A stretch of 32,000 nt of DNA, taken from Candidatus Nanobsidianus stetteri (GTDB lineage: Archaea > Nanobdellota > Nanobdellia > Nanobdellales > Nanobdellaceae). The DNA is taken from assembly GCA_000387965.1 (NCBI GenBank), contig APJZ01000002.1:30001-62000 (forward strand), in the 5' to 3' direction. How positions within the stretch are numbered: position 1 is the stretch's first letter; the number at the start of each line of letters is the position of its first letter. Both the position numbers and the translations under genes were made by a program. Shown here one piece after another: positions 8,033-17,193 of the stretch. Under the pieces are notes generated by a model that worked only from the letters and a program-made list of their open reading frames with translations, made no database searches and had not been told where the DNA came from.

Positions 8033-9322
8033 ATGTATAATTTGCCATCAGGATTAAGAGATTTCCCTCCAGAAATAAAAATATTAAGAAATAAAATATT
8101 TAGTAAAATAGAAGAAATATTTAAAAGATTTGGATTTGATCCAATAGAAACTCCAACAATAGAATATTGGGATACAATGAAAGGAAAATATGGAGAAGAG
8201 GCAGAAAATAAATTAATATGGAGATTTAAATTACCATATTCTGATAAAGAATATGCATTAAGATATGATCAAACAGTACCTTTAGCAAGATTTTTTTCAA
8301 ATCACAGACCAAATTTACCATTTAAAAGATACGTAATAGATAAATCTTATAGATATGAAAATCCACAAAAGGGAAGATATAGAGAGTTTTATCAGGCGGA
8401 TTTTGATATAATAGGATCAAAGGAGCCAGAATCTGATGCAGAAATATTAAATATTGTAAATTTTATATTTAAAGAATTTAATTTTTCTAATTATAAGATT
8501 ATAATAAATGATAGAGAATTCTTAAGATTTGTCTTTGAGAAAAATTTAAATATAAATGAAGAAAAAATAAGGAAAGTATATACAATAATAGATAAATTAG
8601 ATAAAATTGGAATAGAAAATGTAAAAAGAGAATTAAATACTGTTGTTGGAGAATTGTCTGATAAAATTGTTGAAATAATATCATTAAGAAATCAGGAAGT
8701 AATTGATTATTTATCAAAATATGAAGAAATATCAAAAGAAATAAATTATTTTAACAATATCTTAGATTTATTGAATGATAAAGGTAGAATAGAAATAAAT
8801 TTATCATTAGTAAGAGGTTTAGATTATTATACTGGTATGATATATGAAGCGGTTGTTGAAAAACCAAGAATTGGATCTTTATCTGGAGGAGGAAGATATG
8901 ATAATTTGTTAAAATTATTTACAAATGAGGAAATACCTGCTGTTGGTGGAAGTATTGGGGTAGAAAGATTAATTGATGCAGGAATAGAATTGGGAATATT
9001 TAAGATTGATAAAAAAACATATACAGAAATATGTGTAATATATTTTGAAGATACATTTAAAGATGCATGGAATATATGTAATAAATTGAGAGAAATTGGA
9101 TTAAATTGTTATATTGATTTAATGAGAAGAGATTTTAATAAGCAAATAAAATATGCGGTAGATAAAGACATAAGGTTTTTATTAATTGTTGGAAAGAAAG
9201 AATTATCTGAGAATAGTGTTTTACTACAAGATAGGTATACAAAGGAAAGAATCAGGATTTCGATCAATAATTTGGAAGATATCTACAGAATAGTAAAAAA
9301 TATAATTAACAATAGCTATTGA
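8033..9322 (+). CDS. hisS: Histidyl-tRNA synthetase
   Basis: GLRDFPPE, YALRYDQTVPLARF, FKRYVIDKSYRYENPQKGRYREFYQADFDIIG (motif 2), GGGRYDNL and GGSIGVERL (motif 3), followed by a C-terminal anticodon-binding domain. Confidence 0.93.
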   Translation: MYNLPSGLRDFPPEIKILRNKIFSKIEEIFKRFGFDPIETPTIEYWDTMKGKYGEEAENKLIWRFKLPYSDKEYALRYDQTVPLARFFSNHRPNLPFKRYVIDKSYRYENPQKGRYREFYQADFDIIGSKEPESDAEILNIVNFIFKEFNFSNYKIIINDREFLRFVFEKNLNINEEKIRKVYTIIDKLDKIGIENVKRELNTVVGELSDKIVEIISLRNQEVIDYLSKYEEISKEINYFNNILDLLNDKGRIEINLSLVRGLDYYTGMIYEAVVEKPRIGSLSGGGRYDNLLKLFTNEEIPAVGGSIGVERLIDAGIELGIFKIDKKTYTEICVIYFEDTFKDAWNICNKLREIGLNCYIDLMRRDFNKQIKYAVDKDIRFLLIVGKKELSENSVLLQDRYTKERIRISINNLEDIYRIVKNIINNSY

Positions 9323-9494
9323 TAGGTTATTAGTATTATAAATATTTTCTATTAGGATAAAGAAAATCTTAAAAATCCTATTTATAAAATTTATTAAAAT
9401 AAAATTTATAAATTTCAAAAGCGTATATATAAAGCCCATTTTATGCAAAAATAAAAATGGCGGCTATATATTACTACTTTGAAATTTATAAATT

Positions 9495-10553
9495 TTACTT
9501 CCCATATACAATACCTTTTGTAAATACCCAATTAATTATGGCAGCAATAAATATTGCAATAAGTTGTGATATTAAGTAATTTATTCCAAATATATAATAA
9601 AATAATAATGCAGATAAATATTGAACAGGTTTTGATAATAAACCCCTTCCTCCAAAAAATAATAAAAATCTCTCTAAAAGTTTTCTCTTTTTAATTTTAA
9701 ATACAAATAAATCATTTAAAATGAAATTCCATATAATTGAAATTAAAATTGCTAAGAAAGAGGAAATATAAAAGGGAAAATAAAATATTAATAAATATAA
9801 AGATAATAAGTTAATAACAATTCCAGATAATCCTACTAAATAGAACTTTATAAATTGAGAAATATTGAATAATAAAAAAACCTGTTTTAAATATGAAAAA
9901 ATTATCCTTTTACCCAATTTAGATTTTCCATGTTTTCTCTCTTTAAATGTATAAGGAATCTCTATTAATTTATTATAATTTACTTTTACTAATATATCTA
10001 ATAGAACCTTATAACTAAATGGATCAGAAATTTTAAAGTTATTTAATAGGTCTTTTTTTATTAAAAAATATCCACTTAATGGATCCTTTACTTTTAATGT
10101 TTCTGGTAGAAAAATATATGCAATAAATATTGCAGTTTTTGATATAAATTCTCTTATAATATTCCAATTCTCTATTTTACTTCCTTTAATATATCTTGAT
10201 GCAATAACTAGATCATAACCTTCTAAAGCCTTTTCATACATTTTTCTTAATAATTCTGGAGGATGTTGCAAATCGGCATCCATTAATACAATATATTTTC
10301 CATTAGAATGTTTTACTCCATCTAAAAAGGCGGAAGATAAACCTTTTCTATATCCCCTTTCAATAATTTTTATATTTTTATATTTTATTTCTAATTTTTC
10401 TATTTCTTCAATTGTTCCGTCTTTTGATCCATCGTCTACAAAAATTATTTCATATTTTATATCATTTAAGCTTTCTCTTATTCTTTTTACTAATTCATTA
10501 ATATTTTCCTTTTCATTTAATGTCGGTATTATTATTGATATATCTATATTCAT
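9495..10553 (-). CDS. Family-2 glycosyltransferase (dolichyl-phosphate mannose/glucose synthase-like) fused to a C-terminal GtrA-like 4-TM domain
   Basis: ISIIIPTLNEKENI, IIFVDDGSKDGT and LMDADLQHPP, then C-terminal TM helices ending WNFILNDLFVFK...INWVFTKGIVY. Confidence 0.85.
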   Translation of the reverse strand: MNIDISIIIPTLNEKENINELVKRIRESLNDIKYEIIFVDDGSKDGTIEEIEKLEIKYKNIKIIERGYRKGLSSAFLDGVKHSNGKYIVLMDADLQHPPELLRKMYEKALEGYDLVIASRYIKGSKIENWNIIREFISKTAIFIAYIFLPETLKVKDPLSGYFLIKKDLLNNFKISDPFSYKVLLDILVKVNYNKLIEIPYTFKERKHGKSKLGKRIIFSYLKQVFLLFNISQFIKFYLVGLSGIVINLLSLYLLIFYFPFYISSFLAILISIIWNFILNDLFVFKIKKRKLLERFLLFFGGRGLLSKPVQYLSALLFYYIFGINYLISQLIAIFIAAIINWVFTKGIVYGK

Positions 10554-10608
10554 TGATTATTTTAAGTCCTTTATTTACTTTAAAAATATTTCTTTATATT
10601 ATCATTAA

Positions 10609-10773
10609 ATGACAAGATTGGGTGGTACAAATAAAGTAAATCATGTTATATGTAGAAGATGTGGTAGAAAAACATATAATCCTGATAAGGGGTATTGTTC
10701 ACACTGTGGATTTGGAAGAAGTAGCAAAATAAGGGCCTATGTATGGTCATATAAATTTAAAAGAAAATGGTAG
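10609..10773 (+). CDS. rpl37e: 50S ribosomal protein eL37 (54 aa; absent from the ORF track because it is under 60 aa)
   Basis: Hand translation gives MTRLGGTNKVNHVICRRCGRKTYNPDKGYCSHCGFGRSSKIRAYVWSYKFKRKW. It has the CRRCG...C..CG zinc ribbon and the K(I/M)R.Y.W tail of L37e. It overlaps the uS5 start by 7 nt. Confidence 0.85.
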   Translation: MTRLGGTNKVNHVICRRCGRKTYNPDKGYCSHCGFGRSSKIRAYVWSYKFKRKW

Positions 10774-11525
10774 AAGAACAAAAAGAAGTTGAAGAAGTAA
10801 AGAAAGAACAGGAAGCTTTAGAAAAAATAGGATCACAAAAGTTTAATTTAGAATCTTGGAATCCAAAAACAAATCTTGGTAAATTAGTAAAGGAGGGAAA
10901 AATAAATTCAATTGAGCAAGTATTTAAAAATGGTTATAAAATATTAGAACCAGAAATTGTAGATGCATTAATACCAGATTTAAAATATGAATATATTAGA
11001 TTATCATTATCTAAAGGTAAATATAGAAGGCCAAAGTTTGTAAAGATGGTTCAAAGAAAGACCGCTGAAGGTAATAAAACATCCTGGGTTTCTGTTGCTG
11101 TTGTTGGAAATGAAAATGGATATGTTGGGGTTGGGATTGGAAAATCTTCAGATATTGCTTTATGTATGGAAAAAGCATTAAGAAATGCAAAATTAAATAT
11201 TATACCAATTGCAAGGGGTTGTGGATCATGGGAATGTGCATTTAAGACTCCACATTCTTTACCATTTAAAGTTGAAGGATCTTATGGTTCTGTAAGGGTT
11301 GTATTATTACCAGCTCCAAGAGGGGTTGGATTGGTAGCACCGGAAGAAATGAAAAAGATATTTAGATTAGCAGGTATAAAGGATCTATGGATGAAATCTT
11401 TTGGACAAACTAGGAGGAGATATAACTTTGCAATGGCAGTTTATAATGCATTAAGAAAGACAGTAGAGTATAGAATTAAGGAAGAATATGCTAAATATTC
11501 TGGATTAAAGATTGGATTTGTATAA
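10767..11525 (+). CDS. rps5: 30S ribosomal protein uS5
   Basis: VAVVGNENGYVGVGIGKSSDIALCMEKALRNAKLNIIPI and GSVRVVLLPAPRGVGLVA. Confidence 0.93.
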   Translation: MVEEQKEVEEVKKEQEALEKIGSQKFNLESWNPKTNLGKLVKEGKINSIEQVFKNGYKILEPEIVDALIPDLKYEYIRLSLSKGKYRRPKFVKMVQRKTAEGNKTSWVSVAVVGNENGYVGVGIGKSSDIALCMEKALRNAKLNIIPIARGCGSWECAFKTPHSLPFKVEGSYGSVRVVLLPAPRGVGLVAPEEMKKIFRLAGIKDLWMKSFGQTRRRYNFAMAVYNALRKTVEYRIKEEYAKYSGLKIGFV

Positions 11526-11526
11526 A

Positions 11527-11997
11527 ATGGGATTATTAGCTATTGTAAGGATAAAAGGAACCGTTAAGGCAAATGAAGAAGTAAAAGATACATTATATTT
11601 GTTAAGATTAAGGAGAAATAATTATGCAGTAATAATGAAAGATACAAAAGATATAAGGGGAATGATAAAAAAAGTTGAACCATGGGTTGCATGGGGAGAA
11701 ATAGATAAAGAAACATTAAAGGAATTATTATTAAAGAGAGGAAGATTGGAGGGAAATAAAAGATTAACAGAAGATTATATTAAACAAACATTAAATATGG
11801 ATATTGATACATTTGTTGAAAAATTATTAAATAATGAAATAGATTTAGATTCAATACCAAAAATAAAAAAAGTATTTAGATTAAAACCTCCATCAGGAGG
11901 ATATCCAAGAAAGGGTATAAAGATTCCATATAATCAGGGAGGAGCATATGGGTACTATGGAAAAGATATAAATATATTATTAAAGAAAATGATATAA
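11527..11997 (+). CDS. rpl30: 50S ribosomal protein uL30
   Basis: MGLLAIVRIKGTVKANEEVKDTLYLLRLRRNNYAVIM. The ATG at 11527 (2 nt after the uS5 stop) is preferred over the TTG at 11512 used by the track. Confidence 0.88.
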   Translation: MGLLAIVRIKGTVKANEEVKDTLYLLRLRRNNYAVIMKDTKDIRGMIKKVEPWVAWGEIDKETLKELLLKRGRLEGNKRLTEDYIKQTLNMDIDTFVEKLLNNEIDLDSIPKIKKVFRLKPPSGGYPRKGIKIPYNQGGAYGYYGKDINILLKKMI

Positions 11998-11998
11998 A

Positions 11999-12556
11999 AT
12001 GGCGAAGAGACCCTGGAGAATATTCAAGGAAATTGAAAGACCATATACAAGATTTTCATATAGTAAATCGTATAATAAAATCCCAGGTGCTCCAGTATCA
12101 AAGTTAAGGATGCAGATTATGGGGATAACAAATATACCAAAAGATCAATGGAAATATGTAGGACATTTAATTGCATTACATAATGTTCAAGTATCAGATT
12201 ATTCTTTAGAATCTGTAAGAACAAATATATTAAAATACTTAGAAGGTGAAGTAAAAGAATTCCTATTTATTGTAAGAAAATATCCACATCATGTTGTAAG
12301 AGAACATGCATTGGTATATGGTGCAGGTGCAGATAGAATTTCACAGGGAATGAGGCATGCATTTGGAAGACCATATACAAGAGCTGCGCAAGTATATTAT
12401 AAAGATATTGTTTTATCAATATATTATAATAAACCAGAATTTACAAATAGGATAAGTTTTTATTTAGATGTAGCAAGAAAAAAATTATCAGGAAAATATA
12501 AGAAATATATAGGAGAAAACAAACCAGAAGAAGTCATTTTATCATCTGTTGTCTAG
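11999..12556 (+). CDS. rpl10e: 50S ribosomal protein uL16 (L10e)
   Basis: RPYTRFSYSKSYNKIPGAP, RKYPHHVVREH and GAGADRISQGMRHAFGRP. Confidence 0.9.
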   Translation: MAKRPWRIFKEIERPYTRFSYSKSYNKIPGAPVSKLRMQIMGITNIPKDQWKYVGHLIALHNVQVSDYSLESVRTNILKYLEGEVKEFLFIVRKYPHHVVREHALVYGAGADRISQGMRHAFGRPYTRAAQVYYKDIVLSIYYNKPEFTNRISFYLDVARKKLSGKYKKYIGENKPEEVILSSVV

Positions 12557-13628
12557 ATATTACATATTCTAATAATAATAGTTTTTTCAAATCTTTTATA
12601 TCCTTAGAGATAAATAATCTTCCCCTTCCATATTTTACTATTTCTTTTGCAATTTTTTCTCCTTCATCATTTAATTGTATTCCAATTATAGATATATAAT
12701 AATATTGACTTAATTCCTTAGCTAACCTTAAAGTTCTTTCTACAGGATTTTTTCCTTTTGTTGGTAAAGCATCTGTTATTAATATTATATGCCCATTTTC
12801 GCCTTTATTTAATAAATAATTAAATGCTAAGGCAATATCTGTACTTCCATTTGGTATAATTCTTAATATATCTATTATATCTTTTAATCCTCTAACATTA
12901 TTATATTCTTTAACAATCTTATCATTAAATAATATTATATCTAATAGGTTATTATCCTCCAATATCTTCGATGTTAGTAATATTAAAGCCTTTTTTGCCT
13001 CAAATATTTTTTCTCCAATCATACTTCCAGATACATCTAATAAAATTATATATTTACCACCCTTATTTTCTCTATTAACATTAATAACAAATCTTACTGC
13101 ATCTTTATTCTTTATATATTTTCTTATCGTTTCTTTTATATCAATTTTATTATATTTATCTCCTATACTAAAATATTTTTTGTAAAATTCTTCATCATTT
13201 CCAATATAATATGATGAGTATTTTCCATACTCAAATATTCCTTCAATTTCCTTTTCTATATTTCCTATTAAATATTTAGAATATTCCATTAAAGATTTTT
13301 CAGTCAGTTCTCCCTTTTCATCTATATATCCTTCGCTAATTAATATTTCCTTTATTTTATTTAAAGATTTCCTAAATTCTTTATTAAATCTATAATCTTT
13401 ATCTTCTCTTATCCTTTTTTCATCATATTCTGTTAATTTTGATAATATATCTGAATATTCCTCTTTGTTTTCCATAATTTTATCTATATCAAATATTGGA
13501 TATCCTTCTTTTATCATTTTTTCAATCAATTCATTTATATTTTTCTTAATATCTTTTGAACTATATTTAAAAGATTCTCCAGGTCTATTCATTAAATTTT
13601 CTGAATCAACTCCGAAAGTCCTTTCCAA
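12534..13628 (-). CDS. von Willebrand factor A (VWA) domain protein with a ~190-aa helical N-terminal region
   Basis: The MIDAS motif is in YIILLDVSGSMIGEK, followed later by GSTDIALAF and HIILITDALPTKG. The start overlaps the upstream MoxR gene by 23 nt. Confidence 0.8.
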   Translation of the reverse strand: MERTFGVDSENLMNRPGESFKYSSKDIKKNINELIEKMIKEGYPIFDIDKIMENKEEYSDILSKLTEYDEKRIREDKDYRFNKEFRKSLNKIKEILISEGYIDEKGELTEKSLMEYSKYLIGNIEKEIEGIFEYGKYSSYYIGNDEEFYKKYFSIGDKYNKIDIKETIRKYIKNKDAVRFVINVNRENKGGKYIILLDVSGSMIGEKIFEAKKALILLTSKILEDNNLLDIILFNDKIVKEYNNVRGLKDIIDILRIIPNGSTDIALAFNYLLNKGENGHIILITDALPTKGKNPVERTLRLAKELSQYYYISIIGIQLNDEGEKIAKEIVKYGRGRLFISKDIKDLKKLLLLEYVISRQQMIK

Positions 13629-14646
13629 TTATAAAAGAATTCCATTGATTTTTTACATATTCTTCTTCATTTATTTCCATTTTATATGATGGTTTTAATC
13701 TTATCCTATGTGGTAATATTGATAGTAAAGATTCGAATATATGTTGAATTTCAACATTTTCTTTCTTATCTATTATTGCTAAAGCTTGTGCTTTTTCATA
13801 AATACCAATTGTAGATCTAACAGATGGTTTCCTTTCCAATTTATCATCTTTTCTTAATTTTTGTATAAATTCAATTGTTAATTCCAATAATTTTTCAGGG
13901 AAATTAACATCCAAACTTTTTCCATATTTTAATATAATCTTCTTTTCTTCTTCAATATCTTTTGGATAATCCAAATTTATTATATCAAATCTATCCAATA
14001 ATACATCAGATATTTTTTCAGTTCCATAATAACTTTCAGGATTCATTGTAGCAATAAATATTATATCCAAGGGTATTTGAAATTCATATGTTCCAATTGT
14101 TATTTTCTTTTCTTCTAATAATTCTAATAAACTATTTTGAACCTTTGGAGGTGCTCTATTTATTTCATCAAAAAATAATACACCATGGTGTGCTCTAAAT
14201 ATTTTTCCAGGTATAAAAGATTCTAAAGAATGTATTCCATATTTTAATGCTTTTGAAGGATCAATATCTCCAATTAAATCTTCTACAGATAGATCATAAG
14301 AACCCTGTATTCTAATAAATCTATCTTCTCCTCTTATTTTTATAAAGGGACCCTCCCTCCATTTTTTTCTATATTCTTCAGAGACAAAAGGGAATTCTTC
14401 ATATGCCCACAAAGGAATTCCTTCTGGAAAATCAATTTCAGGTAATAGTTTTGCTATATTTTTTGCTAGGGTTGTTTTTCCAGTACCAGGAGGACCTATT
14501 ATTAATATATTCCTTCCAGAAATTAATGAAGATAATATTTGTCTCTTTGCATTTTCTTGTCCAATTATAGAATCAAATGGATCTTTTCCCTCCTTAATAT
14601 AATTATTAATTATTATATCCCTTATCTGTTCTCTTATTTTGATCAT
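13606..14646 (-). CDS. MoxR-family AAA+ ATPase
   Basis: Walker A is ILIIGPPGTGKTTLAKNIA. Walker B and sensor are GVLFFDEINRAPPKVQNSLLELLEEKKITIG and FIATMNPES. Confidence 0.85.
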   Translation of the reverse strand: MIKIREQIRDIIINNYIKEGKDPFDSIIGQENAKRQILSSLISGRNILIIGPPGTGKTTLAKNIAKLLPEIDFPEGIPLWAYEEFPFVSEEYRKKWREGPFIKIRGEDRFIRIQGSYDLSVEDLIGDIDPSKALKYGIHSLESFIPGKIFRAHHGVLFFDEINRAPPKVQNSLLELLEEKKITIGTYEFQIPLDIIFIATMNPESYYGTEKISDVLLDRFDIINLDYPKDIEEEKKIILKYGKSLDVNFPEKLLELTIEFIQKLRKDDKLERKPSVRSTIGIYEKAQALAIIDKKENVEIQHIFESLLSILPHRIRLKPSYKMEINEEEYVKNQWNSFIIGKDFRS

Positions 14647-14684
14647 ATTAATTATTTTATATTTTTCTTTAAAATATTATAATT

Positions 14685-15374
14685 ATGTTTATATTTTACA
14701 ATTTAAAGGGAGTAGCAATAGATCTGGATGGTACACTTGTAAATAGCTTAAAGGTTTATGATGAAGTTCATAAAAAAATATTAGAAAAATATAACATAAA
14801 GTTAGATGGATCATTAGACAATTTTGGAATGTCTCCAGAAGAAATAATATATGATATAGTAAATAGATATAATTTAAGTATACCAATTGATGATTTAAAG
14901 AAAGAATTTGAAAATATGATATTAAATGAATATATAGAAAAGATAAAATTTAATCCTGGAGCAAAACAAATATTAAATTATTTTAAGGATAAAAAATATA
15001 AAATGGCAATTTTTACTTCAAATACTAGAAGATTAACAATAGAGATATTAAAACATCTACATATAGATAATTTATTTGATATTATAATAACTTCTGATGA
15101 TGTAAAACAGACAAAACCAGATCCGGAGGGTTATATTAAAATAATAAAAGGATTTTCTGTATTACCAAATGAAATATTGGCAATAGAAGATTCTATATAT
15201 GGTGTTATTGCTGCAAAAAGGGCTGGAATAAATGTAATAGGGGTTGCTAGTGGTGTAAATAAAAAGAGAGAATTAATTTCTGCAGGCGCTACAATGGCAT
15301 TTAAAAATTTAAAGGAATTATACAATTACCTTATAGAAGAAGATAATAAGAACAATCAAAATAATAATCAATAA
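14685..15374 (+). CDS. HAD-superfamily phosphatase/phosphomutase (beta-PGM-like subfamily IA)
   Basis: Motif I is AIDLDGTLVNS, motif II is IFTSNTRR, and motifs III/IV are KPDPEGY..AIEDSIYGVIAAKRAGI. The N/Q-rich tail overlaps the convergent gene by 57 nt. Confidence 0.85.
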   Translation: MFIFYNLKGVAIDLDGTLVNSLKVYDEVHKKILEKYNIKLDGSLDNFGMSPEEIIYDIVNRYNLSIPIDDLKKEFENMILNEYIEKIKFNPGAKQILNYFKDKKYKMAIFTSNTRRLTIEILKHLHIDNLFDIIITSDDVKQTKPDPEGYIKIIKGFSVLPNEILAIEDSIYGVIAAKRAGINVIGVASGVNKKRELISAGATMAFKNLKELYNYLIEEDNKNNQNNNQ

Positions 15375-15554
15375 AATAATTAACAATATAATTGATAGTT
15401 GGTAAGAATTTGATATTAATATTGGTATTGGACCTATCAATATCAATCCAGCAAATTTTGTATTAGAAGAATTTGATAATGAGTAAATAAATAATAAAAT
15501 AATTGAAATAAATAGAAAAATAATTGATAAAATCAAAAATATATTATTATTCAC
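15318..15554 (-). CDS. Small two-TM membrane protein resembling the archaeal DUF131/TIGR00304 family
   Basis: Two hydrophobic segments flank GLILIGPIPILISNS. From memory, a G.I.IGPIPI core is typical of that family. Confidence 0.45.
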   Translation of the reverse strand: MNNNIFLILSIIFLFISIILLFIYSLSNSSNTKFAGLILIGPIPILISNSYQLSIILLIILLIIILIVLIIFFYKVIV

Positions 15555-15820
15555 TTTAAACTTAATTTATAAAATTTTGAATGGCCAAAATGAATTATCA
15601 GATCAAATCCATATTTATCTAAATATATTGGCATATCGCATCCACCAAAATCCGATCCAAACCAAATATATATTTCAATATCTTTATATTTTTCCTTTAT
15701 TTTATCATATATTTCTTTTGAATATGGTTTTAGTCCATCAGGAAATTGTAATAATATTTTTTTATATTTCTTTTTATCCAATGTTTCAAATATCCTATCT
15801 AATTCAAAATCTATTTCCAT
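15551..15820 (-). CDS. dph2: Diphthamide synthase Dph2, N-terminal domain only (89 aa; split gene or remnant)
   Basis: EIDFELDRIFETLDKKKYKKILLQFPDGLKPYSKEI...IWFGSDFGGCDMPIYLDKYGFDLIIHFGHS matches the start of archaeal Dph2, including the first cluster-ligand Cys. The ORF stops right after the GHS block. Full-length proteins are ~330-340 aa. Confidence 0.7.
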   Translation of the reverse strand: MEIDFELDRIFETLDKKKYKKILLQFPDGLKPYSKEIYDKIKEKYKDIEIYIWFGSDFGGCDMPIYLDKYGFDLIIHFGHSKFYKLSLK

Positions 15821-16566
15821 TTAAATATTTTTAATATATTATCTATAAAGCTATTCTTAATCTTTAATTCCTTTCCAGTTATTTTTTCTGCAATTTTTAT
15901 TATATCTCTAGAAGCTATAGAATTTATATTATAATCTATTAAAGGTATACCTTTATTCATTGAAATTTGTACATTTTCATCATAATGTATTATTCCTATT
16001 ATTTTCTTTTTAAAAAATTTTTCAGCGTTTACGTAATCTATATCCTTTTTTATCTTATTTAAAACAATTCCAAAAGTTTTTATATCTAAATTATCTAATA
16101 CTTTTGTAACTCTATAAGAATCAAACATTGCAGATTTCTCATAGTTTGTTATAATTATAACTTCTTCAGAAGCTTTTAAAGCCTCTAAAGCTTCTTTACC
16201 AATTCCAGCAGCAGAATCTATAATAATATAATCAAAATCATCATATATTTTCATTATTCCATTATGTAATTTCTCCGTGGAAATATATATTAAATCTTTT
16301 ATATCCAAACTTCCTGGAATTATATAAAAATTATCTTCATATTCTTTTATACAATCATTTATTTCAATTTCTCCCCTTAAAAATTTATGTATATTGTTAT
16401 TTTCATTACCCAACCCTAGATTTATTGATACATTTGGTGTAGTTAGATTAAAATCAATTAATAATGTTTTAAAATTTAATAATGAGAGAGCCCTTGATAA
16501 ATTTATAGAAAAGAAAGTTTTTCCTACTCCACCTTTCCCAGAAGATATTGTATATACTTTTGCCAT
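15811..16566 (-). CDS. MinD/ParA-type P-loop ATPase (archaeal MinD-like)
   Basis: It has the deviant Walker A SGKGGVGKTFFSINLS and IIIDSAAGIGKEA. The size (251 aa) and layout are typical. Confidence 0.85.
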   Translation of the reverse strand: MAKVYTISSGKGGVGKTFFSINLSRALSLLNFKTLLIDFNLTTPNVSINLGLGNENNNIHKFLRGEIEINDCIKEYEDNFYIIPGSLDIKDLIYISTEKLHNGIMKIYDDFDYIIIDSAAGIGKEALEALKASEEVIIITNYEKSAMFDSYRVTKVLDNLDIKTFGIVLNKIKKDIDYVNAEKFFKKKIIGIIHYDENVQISMNKGIPLIDYNINSIASRDIIKIAEKITGKELKIKNSFIDNILKIFKWK

Positions 16567-17018
16567 TATATATATTTGTTAATAATTGTAGAAAATTTTT
16601 TAACTGATTCTAAAATATCTTTTAATGTCTTTATATTTATTTCAAATTCTTCTCCACTTAGTGTCCTAAATTTTATAATCATACTTTTTCTATATTCATT
16701 TATTATCCTTGCATCAGAATTTAAAGCAAGCTTTAATAGTTTATAATACTTTAATGATTCTTCAAGTTCTTTATCCTTTGTAATTTCAATTATTTTTTTA
16801 TATCTTTTCATTGGACTATCGGGAATTTCATCAATCTTTTTATTTTCATATAATTTCTTAAAAAATAATTCGATTGCATAATCATAATATTCAATAACTG
16901 CTTTTATAAAACTCCTAACAGTTTCCAATCCTTTATTATTTTTCAATGAAACATTAAATATATGTAAAACCTCTTTATATCTTCTATTATATTCTAAATT
17001 TTCTTCTAAATTAGGCAT
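16566..17018 (-). CDS. Hypothetical all-helical protein (150 aa), first large gene of the MinD operon
   Basis: Long ORF with a start/stop overlap (ATGA-type) with the MinD gene. I do not recognise any motif. Confidence 0.5.
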   Translation of the reverse strand: MPNLEENLEYNRRYKEVLHIFNVSLKNNKGLETVRSFIKAVIEYYDYAIELFFKKLYENKKIDEIPDSPMKRYKKIIEITKDKELEESLKYYKLLKLALNSDARIINEYRKSMIIKFRTLSGEEFEINIKTLKDILESVKKFSTIINKYI

Positions 17019-17164
17019 GATATGTAAATATTCGCAATATATACTAAAGCCGCGAAAATAATTATAAATATTATTATTTTATTTCTATTTAATTTTATTT
17101 TTGATTTTTCCTTTCCAAACTTATATAATCCGAGATATGTAAATATTGGTAATTGGTCGGGCAT
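17006..17164 (-). CDS. Tail-anchored 52-aa protein, probable Sec61-beta (archaeal SecG) homologue; missed by the 60-aa cutoff
   Basis: Hand translation gives MPDQLPIFTYLGLYKFGKEKSKIKLNRNKIIIFIIIFAALVYIANIYISCLI. The GL.(K/R)(F/Y)....SKIKL block followed by a single C-terminal TM resembles Sec61-beta. The TATA-like TTTATATAT on the minus strand is centred ~25 nt upstream of the ATG. Confidence 0.45.
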   Translation of the reverse strand: MPDQLPIFTYLGLYKFGKEKSKIKLNRNKIIIFIIIFAALVYIANIYISCLI

Positions 17165-17166
17165 AA

Positions 17167-17174
17167 TTTATATA
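17167..17174 (+). promoter_or_regulatory. TATA box (TTTATATA) for the RNase P RNA candidate
   Basis: It is centred ~26 nt upstream of the first paired base of the RNA (17197). Confidence 0.4.
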
Positions 17175-17184
17175 GTTAGAAGAA

Positions 17185-17193
17185 ATATATAAA
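17185..17193 (-). promoter_or_regulatory. TATA box (TTTATATAT on the minus strand) for the Sec61-beta-like/MinD operon
   Basis: It is centred ~25 nt upstream of the ATG at 17164, which implies a leaderless mRNA. Confidence 0.35.

Noticed and set aside
9323-9494. Convergent spacer between hisS and the glycosyltransferase gene, checked for small genes or sRNAs (TAGGAT...ATCCTA repeat)
   Set aside because: The stem is only 6-7 bp. There is no C/D or H/ACA box pattern and no credible small ORF.
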